A stretch of DNA of 63,614 nucleotides, counting the filler, from Phoronis australis (Eukaryota > Animalia > Phoronida): assembly GCA_002633005.1 (NCBI GenBank). It is 5 parts of 5 records of this genome, joined end to end, with 100 filler letters (N's around TTAATTAATTAA, not from the genome) between each part and the next. Parts side by side here need not be neighbours in the genome. Positions count along the whole stretch, not along the records: positions 47,648 to 60,979 come from NMRA01000970.1; positions 61,080 to 63,614 come from NMRA01001977.1; 3 more parts are not named here. One strand, given 5' to 3'. Shown piece after piece: positions 52,725 through 63,614 of the stretch. The stretch's first letter is position 1; each line of letters starts with the position of its first letter. The position numbers were made by a program, and so were the translations under genes. Below the pieces are notes generated by a model, which did no database searches, had not been told where the DNA came from, and saw only the letters and a program-made list of their open reading frames with translations.

Positions 52725-55072
52725 TATAATAAATTAATTACTGGATTTGATTATTCACTATCCATCTACGCACAACTTCAAAGCATAGCTACCTTTTAAA
52801 ATAGATTGAAAAATACTAAAAGAAAAATGCATGTGATATTGTAAACTCTGATCAGTGTGTGTCAATCCACCGAGTATATCAATACGCACGGTCGTTTATC
52901 TTCAACTGTACTCAATGATTGTAGTTTTTAGCTTATTAGTTCATCGATTTTTTTAAAAAACGAAAACCATACGTGGTCGCTTTTTCCAGCTAAATACAGC
53001 GTGGTGTTCATTTTAACGACATTTTTTTGGTTCATGCATTTCGAAAATTTGCCATCTTGTACAGGCAGAGATGTTAACTTACTAACGTTTATGGTCCGGT
53101 AAATGCACTTAATTGCGGTCATCACAACTGTTTCAAACTCCGGTGCCGCGCTCTCATTGATCCTGGTAAAGCCGCTTAGAAGGACGAAAGGTGAAAATTC
53201 ACGCATATCTTTAGAAATTCGTGACTTCCTCAGTTCCTTGTAAGAGTATTAGGCCGCATGTTTATTAAAACGAATTTAAACTTATGATTCTTACAAAAAT
53301 TTCACAAAACCGACAATGACAAATCGAAAAATTGAAATAACTTTTTTAGATTTCATTGTGAGTATTTGGTAAATTAATAAAATACTATCAAAAATAAGAA
53401 TATGGATGCAATATGCGTACACATGCCTTAGTATTCTTTCATTTTTCGAATTTAACAGAGTTCGTGATCAATTAACTCCGATAATGGCTGTCGGAGATTT
53501 CCCGGTACGTTAAAAACAGATTCTTTTCATTGTGTTCTAAAAATTCAATAATTTTGGAAATATTTGTCTAAATGCACAAAGTTGTCGATGGGGTTTCAAC
53601 GCACAATGGTTCTCGTACATTTCACGTTATTTCACAGTAGTGTTTTAAAACACGTTTCTTCCAACAAGGTACGGTGTGCTATAGATTAAGATTGGACCGG
53701 CGCTTGTTGACTTTGGTGGCGCTACATGTACAGTTCATAGTTAACATGCTTATCTAACAAGAGAAAAAGAAGTATATACAAGTGTGTGAATAGACTAAAA
53801 GTAATGAAGTAAAGGCAAAAGCTATAAACACTAGGGTAGGCATGAAAATTCCCACCACCACTAATTTAATTACATTGAGTAAGGCTAAATCTTGCAAATA
53901 GAAAACTGATGGATTAGTAACATTAACAAGTGAAATGGATTGGCGTACTACGGATGTGATATTAGTTCAAATAGATGAGAGTCAAAGGGGTAAACAATTT
54001 GTACATGTATGTAGAACATTAATACTGTACTTTGGGATGAAAATATATTGCCAATTAAGTTGTCTTAGTGCGCATGACGCTGCCCCAGTCAAATAGAGCT
54101 CTGAGACTATACGATACCGTTTGGTCGTTTTTAGCTTGAACGTTAATGGTGATAAAAATTGAAACAACTTAAAAAGCAAAGTTAACTCCTGAAGGGATTC
54201 ACACTTGATGGAAGTCTTTATCTGTAGATGAAAATGAATCATTGAGGTAATATACATGTACATGTATCTGAATGACACAACTACAGTTGTCAAGTTCAGT
54301 GTAGTTTCATAATCATGACACATGTGAGACGTGAAATACTTTAAAAAAATAACCATTACTAAGATAAAAGATGTTCTGATTTTACTCCTTGTTGTTTCAT
54401 TGTTATTGGGAAGCCATGTGTGTAGGCTGTAGCTAATTGACCCAGAAGAGCATTTAAAGTACATTATCACTTGCAAAATCAAAATTCAAGCGAGATGTAC
54501 TTTTTGCTGCACCGAGTTTGCCCGTGGGCCAAAAGTTGTCATGCCAATATCAAAATCAAAATTTATAGGCAAGAGCTCAGTTTGGCTTTGTTTGAGCACA
54601 TAATTATGTTATTGGGTCACAGATTGTTTACAGAACAACTTGTAAGCATACATCGGCACGTTGTCACTTCTAGTAGGCTCTAAATTTATGTTAACGTGTA
54701 CCAAGAGAGTATGCACTGGCCTTTTGGTAACCACAATGAAGCAATTTCTCTAAACTTGGATTTGGGGTAAATTAGGAGTCAGAAAATAATAGTGTGATTG
54801 AAGGTAATAGTCACTATGACGGCGCGTCTTAGTTATGTAACCCTTTCATTATAATCACTGCACCTGTAAACGGATGAGTGGGCTAAAGACGAGAATTTGT
54901 TTATTAATGGGTGGCCTGTAGGAGTAGACTCGGAGTGAAAAATACTCGGGCTGCGCCAGAACAGAGTAAAAAAATATGGCGAGAGTTGACTAAGGGAGTA
55001 CGCCATATTTCACATTGAATAATATGTGTTGCGTTCTACAAATCATACTTGCCAATTGATGCGGAGTACAGA

Positions 55073-55862
55073 CTATAGTTCACAGTCTTCGAGCACAAGT
55101 AAGTCTGTCTCGGAAGGGATTTGCTTGATCTTGTTGTCTTTCAGTTGAATCAAAATGTTTCCATCATGGGTCCAGGTTCTGTTTATTGTGTGTAACTTCA
55201 CGAGGCGCTGACATCGAGCAAATAGACTGATTCTTCTTTTGGTCAAATTTTCGTTAATGTACAGTGGTCTGTCTTGGGATGTGAGTTTACTTTTATGGTG
55301 GAGAAACATCGCACGGGTGTTGTTAGCTATGAATTTGCATATGATTGGCCTTGACTGATTGGGTTTCTAGGGTCCTATTCTATGGGTTCTACATATGTCT
55401 TCGTAACCGATGTCGATATTAAGCTTCTTGCCGAGATCAATAACAGCTTTATCTGTGTCCCCTTTGCGTTCCTTATCTGGCTCGTTGATTCCGTGGATTA
55501 CTATGTTATTTCGACGAGAATATTGCTCGAGACTATCCACACTATATTGAAGGTCACTCACTTGCACTTTGAGGTCATGATTCTGGTCATCTTTTTCCTT
55601 TAGTTTGGATTCCTAGAAGCTGTTAATCTCGTTTAGGAGAGGATCTATTAGTTGCTCTCTCAAAAGTTTTGATCACTTCTGGCGATGTAAGTGCCTTTTG
55701 AAACCTCAGGATTTCAGGATCACTTTCACATGTACTGCGATCTGCCTCATGGGCTGGGGTAATACTTCTAAAATCCAGTGTAGCTTGCGTCATCTTCTTA
55801 GAAATCACATTTATAGCAGTGCTTTCTGTGCTGGCGTTCCATTTTCTGTTTTCGTCCTCCAT
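55073..55862 (-). mobile_element. LINE ORF1 (L1 ORF1/Transposase_22-like) pseudogene
   Basis: LEQYSRRNNIVIHGINE...IDIGYEDICRTHRIGP...RPIICKF...LYINENLTKRR...RTWTHDGNILIQ, split by stop codons. Confidence 0.9.
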
Positions 55863-56839
55863 TGTTTGAAATTATGCCTTGTTTCTCGTCAAAATTAGGT
55901 GGAAAATTTTCAGAAATTCAAATTCACATCTGGGGGGGAAAAGTCACGTGGCCAACGCTGATGTTCGATCGCGAAGAGCCAGGGCCGACATCAATGGCCG
56001 AGTTTGGACTGCGGAGATGAAACGTACTTCACAAACTCAGTATGATGCATCGATTGCACGAAACTTTGTCTTTTACGACCACGAAAAAGTAAAGAAAACA
56101 TTACCTTTTATTTGTCATTAACCACATTTCTTTTAAAAGTTCGCCTTTCAGGACAAGTGTAACATACATATGTTACACTTTTAGAGGGAAACGCAACCAT
56201 TTTATTGCTTTTCCCTTTGATGAAAGTTTGTCTTTCTTCCACCTTTCTAATTAATAATGATGATTGTTTGCCGTTCATGAAGGTGAAAAAAGAACTATTT
56301 TACACCATTTCTATTATATGGAAGGTTGTCTTTCACTCTATTTTTCCATTTTGGTACATGACGTTTTACCGCCAAGGATGGTGTACAAGGAACCATTTTA
56401 TTTATTTTCCTTTAAAAATAAAGGTTCACTTTTAGCATATTTCTGGGTAAGACAGATGAAATTTTGCAGTCTGTGAAGTTAAAAAAGAAAATTTATTACA
56501 TCTTTCCGATTTCATGGAAGGTTGACTATTCATTCTTCTAAAAATTAACAAGATGTAAATGCATCATCCAATAACCCGGCATGCAAATAAAAAACAAATT
56601 TTAGACAACTGAGAAACGCTGGCTTACCTTCTTTTATATATTAAAACATAAATCACTGTAAACTTGTTTCCATGCACAGTAACAGGTCCCATGACTTCTA
56701 AAGCAAGTGGGATTCTTATATCCAGATGAGCACAATAAATGTTGGCAATAAAATGCCCCCCCATTATACACGAGAGAGGAAAGCAAAAGCATAACACCAA
56801 GTCCTGCATGGCATATTAATTGTTAAATGCGGCTGTCTT

Positions 56840-58330
56840 TTGGGTGCCTCGAGTAGAGTGAGTTTCTCTGGTCGCTATTGTTTACATAACACTTGTATGT
56901 ATTACGAAATTGCCATTGGCATGTGCCTCTTTTTAGCCGGCAACGTTTCAGAAAATCCTGGACCTGAAAACAATACTCCCTTTAACACATTATTGCCAAA
57001 TACTAATAGCATTAAGTACAACAATTTCTTCAGATTCCAACTTTTAAAACACTTTGTTCTGTCTAACAATTATTTGATTGTCGCTTTGCGGAAACTCGTA
57101 ATGTTACCAAAGGCGACCTTGGTAATGAACTAATCATTCCTGGTTTCATTAACAGTGGCCGTGGTATCATCGTATTCGTTAAAAACACACTCACATTTAA
57201 ATTATGTCCTAGCTTAACTTGTCCTCAGTTATGCAACTGCTGGATCGAAATTTATTTTGGTCACAGAAAAACTTACTCTGGGTTGTTTTATCGATCACCT
57301 TCTCAGTCTCCAACTAAAAAAACTACTTCAAAGTCCTAGCCGATCAGTTAGCGGAACTTAACCGCAATAATGTTAGTATAATCATAATTCGTGATTTTAA
57401 TTCCCGGAACTCTACATGGTACAATGATGATCATGACAATACGGCCGGCTTACAATAATTTGATATATTATTGTCTAATGCCTTGATGCAGCTTATTAAC
57501 GAGCCAACCTGCATCACTGTCATTTCTTATTCATGCATTGATCTCTGCGTAATAAACAATTACAGTATCATTGACTCATGTTCTGTATTACCTCCCGTTG
57601 GCAACCGATCACCACACAATCAAAACCACTCTAACATCTAAAAAACCAGTTAAAGAACACATCAAACGAACAGTTTGGAAATATGATCAAGTTGACACCT
57701 ATAAATTACGTCAGGATATCACCTATTCTGACTGGGATTCCATATTGGACACTGGCGACATCGATGACACATTTTCCCTCTTCCCTAGTACACTCTATAT
57801 AATTTTAAAAAACAACATCCCATAAACTGAAAAGATAATTAAAGACAACAGCCAATCATTGTTCAACAATAATATTGAACGGGCAATCCGTACACTAAAC
57901 AGACTGCATAGCTCTTTCGTAAGATCTAACAGCACTGTAATCTAGTACAGATACATGGAGAAGTCACGCCTTGTTGAAATATTAGTAAATCAACTCAAAG
58001 CTCATCACCGCCACAAGCTTTTTCAACAAATTAACAGTGCAAGCCAGAACTTCAAAGAATACCGTAACATCGCCAACAGAATACGCGGCAGTCAAAAACA
58101 ATTCTCTTATCCAGGCATCACCCGCAATGGTAACCTACATGTAAACTCAAGTAGCAGTGACAAGTGTGACCTGCTTCTCAAAATTTTCATGGACAAAAGC
58201 CACATGTCACCAACTGAAGTAGGTAACTTCCCCTTTCTTCGTGAACGTTGTCTCAATCAACTGTTTGATAACCCGGCTATTCAAATTGATGTCCGGAAGT
58301 ATCTCAACGAAACTGACCACAATAAGACCC
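56840..58330 (+). mobile_element. LINE ORF2 remnant A (degenerate 2A-like motif, APE endonuclease, linker)
   Basis: LFLAGNVSENPGP, then GRGIIVFVK, GLFYRSPSQ, DFNSRNSTW, QLINEPT...SCIDLC, DHHTI and RTVWKYDQVD...DWDSIL, with many frameshifts. Confidence 0.9.
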
Positions 58331-58339
58331 CACTTTTCA

Positions 58340-60105
58340 GATGCGGAAACGACCCCGAGATGCGCACTTTAGTAATGCTTACTGCACAATGAAGAACTCA
58401 TGGTGTGATATCAGTGTTATCATTGAGCAAAGCCTTTTGACTGCTGGTGACATAGAGGCCAATCCAGGACCAGGCACTCAGGGTTTAGCCAGGTTCAAGG
58501 TCTTATTCACTACGCGTATCAAGGTGAACGATCTTCCAAGATTTAAACTTCACAAGCAACTTATTACAGACAACAACTACATGGTCATTGCCATATGTGA
58601 ATCCGGAGCAATGTCCGAAGACAACCTCAGTGCACTTATTATTCCAGAATACAACATTGCCTACCACACTAACGCCGGGAGGGGGTTGATCTTGTTTATC
58701 CACAACTCCGTAAGTTACAAAATAATTGATATAAAATTATATAGTTAATGAATAACTGTTGGATTCAACTTTATGTCAATCACTAAAGGGAATATGTTTT
58801 TTTCTATCGCTCACCGTCACAGACGTCCCATGAAAGGAAAGCATATTTCAAAACATTTTCAGAACAATTGCAAGAACTCTCACTAACTAATAAAACAATT
58901 GTTCTCAACGGGGATTTCAACGAAAGAAAGAGTACTTGGTACTCAGAAGACAATGACATTCTCCTCACAAATTACTGTATACAACTAATAAACGAGGCTA
59001 CAAGTTTAACCAACTATTCAAAGTCTTGCCTTCATTTATGTATTACAAACAATCTCGGATTAATTGTATGCACTTTTGTAAGGCCTCGCATTGGTAACTC
59101 AGCCCACCACGTTATAGAAACAACATTCACACTCAGCTGCACACCCAAAGAACCGGAAATTATGAAAATAAATGTCGAATTACAACCTCATTAACATGGA
59201 CAAACTGCAATTAACTGGGATGAAATACTTAACAAAAGTGACATAAATGACGCAGTCTTAATATTCACACAGTCACTCTACAACATACTAGACATTAATA
59301 TCCCTTCAACCATGAAAATATTGAAAAACAAGAACAAACCGTGGTTTAACAATAACATTAATTATGAAATAAATAAAGCAAATAAACTGTACAGATCGTT
59401 CAGAAGATCAACTAACCCAAGCACGTTCACGTGCTACAATGAACAGTGCAAGAGTGTGGAAGAACTAATTAAAAAGACAAAACAAGACTGTAAGATGAAA
59501 GCTATCTCCAGTATCAAAAATGACTGCACAAATTCTAAGGAATAGGGGGAGATAGTAAACAAAACTCGAGGACAGGTAAAGCGATCATCATACCCTACTA
59601 TCCACTCAAAGGAATCCAATTCCCAGGCGTCATCCAAAGCTCATAAAAATAAGTTATTTCTAGACTACTTCACCACCAAGAGTCAAATTGCACCGACTTT
59701 AAACTTTTCCGAATTCCCAAACAGAACATATGAACACCCCTCTGACATACCAGCCCAACCATCTGAAACCAGAAAACTACTAGAAAACATTGACGAAACA
59801 AAAAATGACGGTACCAATCTCATAAACAAGATGATCAAGATAATAACAAGATAGCTTACACTACCTCTGACAACATTAAAAAACAAAATACTACAATCTG
59901 GAAAATTTCCTTTGAACAGGAAGCTTGGCGTTATGATACCAATACAAAAAATAACTCCAAAACAGACATTGCTAAATATTGCCCCATAACTCTAATTAAC
60001 ACCTGATCCAAAATATTACAAAAAATCATTTCTGAACACGTGTTTAACCACCTCTCTTTACAAAACTTCACATATCGTAGCCAATTTGGATTCATGCTGT
60101 GTCCC
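58340..60105 (+). mobile_element. LINE ORF2 remnant B (2A motif, APE endonuclease, start of RT)
   Basis: LLTAGDIEANPGP, VIAICES, GRGLILFIHNSV, FYRSPSQ, VLNGDFN, KPWFNNNI, ILQSGKFP, YCPITLINT*SKILQKII and QFGF. Confidence 0.92.
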
Positions 60106-60979
60106 ACAGCACGCATCGACTAGCCAAACAGCAGCCGACCATCAACGGTCGGCTAGAAGCCGTCTGCCGAGTCGCCTCTGTGGTCGGCACTTGGGTCGGC
60201 TAAGTGGTCGCCTAACGTAGAGTACCAATTCGGATTAAGCGTGTCCTTCGTCGGCAATTACCATTTTATGACTTAGCTGGTGAACTTTGGACAAACAAAC
60301 ATTTAAGAGACAGTCCATATAAAAACCAGTAGATTTTCAAAATTCAGTCTATACGTCAAAATTTAAAACAACTTCATTTTTTGTACATGGGTAGGTATCC
60401 TAACATAAACCCAAATGCCAAATTTTGTGCACTCAATGACCCCTAATTTCGCCGCTGGAGCATGATAACACAAATTAGCACAATTGGGCATATTATCCGT
60501 CTCGAAAATCGCATGTTTTCAGCAACAAAAATGAGTAACATACAAAATAGATCAAAAGCTATGTTTTGGTGGCTGAAATAACCAACGTATACTGTACATA
60601 ATTCTGTGCCATTTATTAAAATCTGACAGTTTTGTGCTAGACAGGGGAGGTAATCCACAGACCACTTTTTGGGGCTAATTTTAGTGGCCATTTTTGTGAC
60701 CTTTTTACTGCCATAAAACACCCGGTAGCCTTATGTGACGTTTTGAACACACAGTTGAAGAGCTAGTCTTGATGACTGAGCAATAAAAAATCTTGCCTCA
60801 ACTTTGCACCATAGTGAAAATTGTATTGCAAAACTGTCTACTTTCATAGTTTGGAAATGACGAGCAGAGTTTACAGACCATTTGAACAAACTTTTAGGCA
60901 AGAAGTCTGCTTTAAATAGTAATAGAAACCAAGTGTAAACTCTTTCAATTGAAAACAAGAGGTTTTCTGGGTTTATTAG

Positions 60980-61079
60980 NNNNNNNNNNNNNNNNNNNNN
61001 NNNNNNNNNNNNNNNNNNNNNNNTTAATTAATTAANNNNNNNNNNNNNNNNNNNNNNNNNNNNNNNNNNNNNNNNNNNN
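60980..61079. other. Artificial scaffolding spacer
   Basis: 44 N + TTAATTAATTAA + 44 N. Confidence 0.97.
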
Positions 61080-61719
61080 CGGTGCGTGCATGAAAGTTGG
61101 ATCTTGTCATTTACAACTAAGTAATCAGCTGTGGAAGATAATGTTTAGGTTTGTAAGTTATGGTTTTGAGGGGTACACATGTCATTTGAGGGGTACACAT
61201 GTCATTTGGATATGAAGTACCAGAACGTCCGATGCTAGACTTGACAAAAATCAATATTTTCATGGTTCAGACACAATCCAAGATCACGAGAGCTTACCAT
61301 GTTTCAATCTTTTCAGAACATACCTCTTACAGGCTACACAGTGGCCTGAGCTGGGCAAAGACAGTCAGTTACTGGATGATAGACTGTTCAAAAAAAATTT
61401 GATTATGGAAGCTTGTTTTCCAGTTGGAAGGCACTAAAGTCATATGAAACATCAACGACAACAAGCGCGTGCCGAAAGGTACAAAATAACATTGATCATT
61501 AACCATTATGATGCATAATTCGTTGAAGAGTTTCCACAGCCTAATTGGTGGGCCTATGGATTGACTACTGTCTCTACTGCGGCAAGTGGAGACGGTGCAA
61601 ATGTCTACTACACTGGACCTGTTCGAATGCCTTGCCCTAGACGGCAAGTCTTGGACTTGGTCAATGTCAGATTGTTGCCTGTTGTCTGTTGAGTGTTGTG
61701 ACTTGTGACTGCAGTACTA

Positions 61720-61825
61720 CCGTAAACGTTCGGGTTAACGCCCATGCTCAGTTAACCGCCCACCCCCTGCTTTAGGTGGATTTTCGATTTAACCGCCCAC
61801 TGCTCGGTTAAGCGCCCCCCTTCGA
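61720..61825 (+). mobile_element. Left end of a TA-CCGTA (Tc1/mariner-pogo-type) element
   Basis: TA|CCGTAAACG followed by repeated TTAA(C/G)CGCCC motifs, built like the 48815 terminus. No convincing right TIR. Confidence 0.5.
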
Positions 61826-62699
61826 TTTTTGTAATACTAGATAATGAGCACCGTCCTACTGTGACTGACAGTGGGACCGTGGACTCGTGAAGCTCCTGAG
61901 GCGCTTCATATGCCGGAAGCTTTTCAGCGAATTATGCCTCGCACTGACTAAAACATCAGAGTCACATTGTTATAAATACCCTTTGCTCACACAGGGACAC
62001 CTTAGGCTTAGGAGGCCATCGATATATGTAATTCCTTCCAACTCGAACAAATACTCCCGTTATCGAACTTTTTCTTCGAGCAGTCCTTCGTTCAGTTCCC
62101 AAAACTGGTAACTCACCATTTTTAACACTGCGCACGCCAGGTGGCATGACGTCATATCCCCTGGCCTGGGCCTGGCACGCACTAGCTGTGTTAAAAATGG
62201 TTGAGTTACCGATTTTAGGAACTTAACTAGGGGCTGCTTGAAGAAAAAGTTTGATAACAGGAGTATTTGTAAATGTTGGAGGGAATTAAATATATCGACG
62301 GCCTCCTATGGTTCCCTCTCTACGCAAAAGTTAATTATAACACAACGCACCATTGAATGTTTAACTTTTACTTTAGTTTTACTTGTTGTCTGCGATACTG
62401 TGTGACTGTACCGTTTGGGTCTGTACACTTTCACTTTATTTTATATAACAGTTAGAGCAAATTCAGTCGCTTTAAGTATCCTTACGATTATGGAATTAGG
62501 TGGGTCTACGGTAATTTCTACGAGGTTAGTGTTAATCGGGCACTCACACAGCAATGTTTTCACCAAACCATCCTTTCAATAACTCAACAACAAAACCAAC
62601 CCCCTTAAAAAGTTAAATACTTCCGCTCGCAAGACTTCCCATAAACCTATTCTGTTTCCGGATTCGGGATCAGCCGTGTTACAACGGAATTTACCGAAA

Positions 62700-62810
62700 G
62701 CTAACTCGTGTTGATTTCTGATTGGTTTCAACTCATTGACCAATAGGAGACCTCCATCTGTACTTGGTCACGTGGTATTGTATTCCTTTCCCACGTTTAG
62801 GTGTAAAAGG
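62700..62810 (+). promoter_or_regulatory. Calreticulin promoter with ERSE-like elements
   Basis: CGTGT-N9-ATTGG at 62707-62725 reads CCAAT-N9-ACACG on the minus strand, one mismatch from ERSE CCAAT-N9-CCACG. Also present: CCAAT-N9-CCATC at 62740-62758, GTCACGTGG at 62767-62775, CCACG at 62791-62795 and TATA-like TGTAAAAG at about 62802. Confidence 0.75.
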
Positions 62811-62860
62811 GGGTTTGTGGACAGAGACAGGCGGTTGTTTTCTTGTATTTTTCCCAAAAC

Positions 62861-62942
62861 ATGAAGATTGCAATTGCATTTGCAGCGTTGTTAGCTGCTT
62901 CTTGTGTTCATGCTACCATCTTCTTTCAAGAAAAGTTTGACG
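62861..62942 (+). CDS. CALR: Calreticulin, exon 1 (signal peptide and start of N domain)
   Basis: AAAC ATG context. Encodes MKIAIAFAALLAASCVHA-TIFFQEKFD, then a phase-1 donor G|GTTTGT. This matches the calreticulin N-terminus (signal + VYFKEQFLDG) and its first-intron position, and ER-stress elements lie just upstream. Confidence 0.85.
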
Positions 62943-63614
62943 GTTTGTATATTTTAAGAAATGTGAGACCCGGTTTTAAGTTCCCATGTCTGCCAGCGAT
63001 TGACTGCAGTCCATGTGTTCGGTTGTGTTCCTACCCTAATAGACTCTCGTGGTAATTTATGCTCGTGAGTGAGCCATTGTCGATGGTACGAGGACAAAAA
63101 CAGACGAGAGTATTTGTCTTGTTGTTGTTTAAGCCTAGTTGCTCTAAAGTTAGCTGCAAATTTGCTATGTTAACAAACTTAGCAATCTGATTGAACGTAA
63201 TTTCCAACCTGACCAGTCAGCAGACCAGACTGTACCAGTCAAATGACTTAAATATGAACTACCAAAACTTCGCAAATTTTCAAGCTGGAGTAATGTCTTG
63301 TCTATATGTTCAGAAGACATGAAAAGGATGCTCTACGGTGTTCGCTTTACAACATATGTTTATGTTCTTTATATATTGGATGTTGAAGTTGATTTTATAT
63401 CGTCCGGTTACCTATTTTCGTCAGGCTCCAAAGTTCGTCCGCCATCTTGTTTCGCGTGCAGCGCAACCACGCGGGACTTAGCGTTCCAATTTGGAGTGCT
63501 CGTGTGCACGTTAGGTACTAACTCATCGGAAGAGACACGTATCAAAGTAATGAGACAAAAATCGGTGAGTTTACCGATTGTTTTTTAAAACCACTTAAAA
63601 ATCAGTAGATTTTA

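Noticed and set aside
53982-54482. 166-aa minus-strand ORF
   Set aside because: It has no recognisable domain and an AT-rich, non-coding-like composition, so it is probably a chance ORF downstream of LINE ORF1.

Overview
This is AT-rich, repeat-dense eukaryotic (animal) genomic DNA, probably from a marine invertebrate (inferred from the gene and transposon content). It is a draft assembly: five blocks are joined by identical artificial 100-bp spacers (44 N + TTAATTAATTAA + 44 N), and there is one plain N gap and one single N. Two host genes are visible, both on the + strand. (1) The 5' part of a polycystin-1 (PKD1)-like gene, reconstructed by hand as 9 phase-compatible GT-AG exons (4318-30618, about 634 codons). 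It encodes a signal peptide, a WSC domain, Ig/PKD-like beta domains, a region resembling the Cys-rich 'LDL-A related' part of PKD1, and PKD repeats. It has no LRR or C-type lectin domain, and no further exon was found after the first spacer. (2) Exon 1 of calreticulin (62861-62942), with ERSE-like elements in its promoter. The rest is mostly decayed mobile DNA: LINE remnants (L1/Tx1, CR1/L2-like, RTE-X-like, an RNase H fragment), two APE-type ORF2 remnants starting with 2A-like NPGP motifs, two Penelope-like ends (one with an intact minimal hammerhead ribozyme), a Harbinger remnant, a THAP remnant, MITEs, a foldback element and probable solo LTRs. Likely artefacts are a 255-nt poly-T and a 1.75-kb haplotype-like duplication. 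I found no prokaryote-type system such as CRISPR. All homology calls are by eye from remembered motifs, not from database searches.
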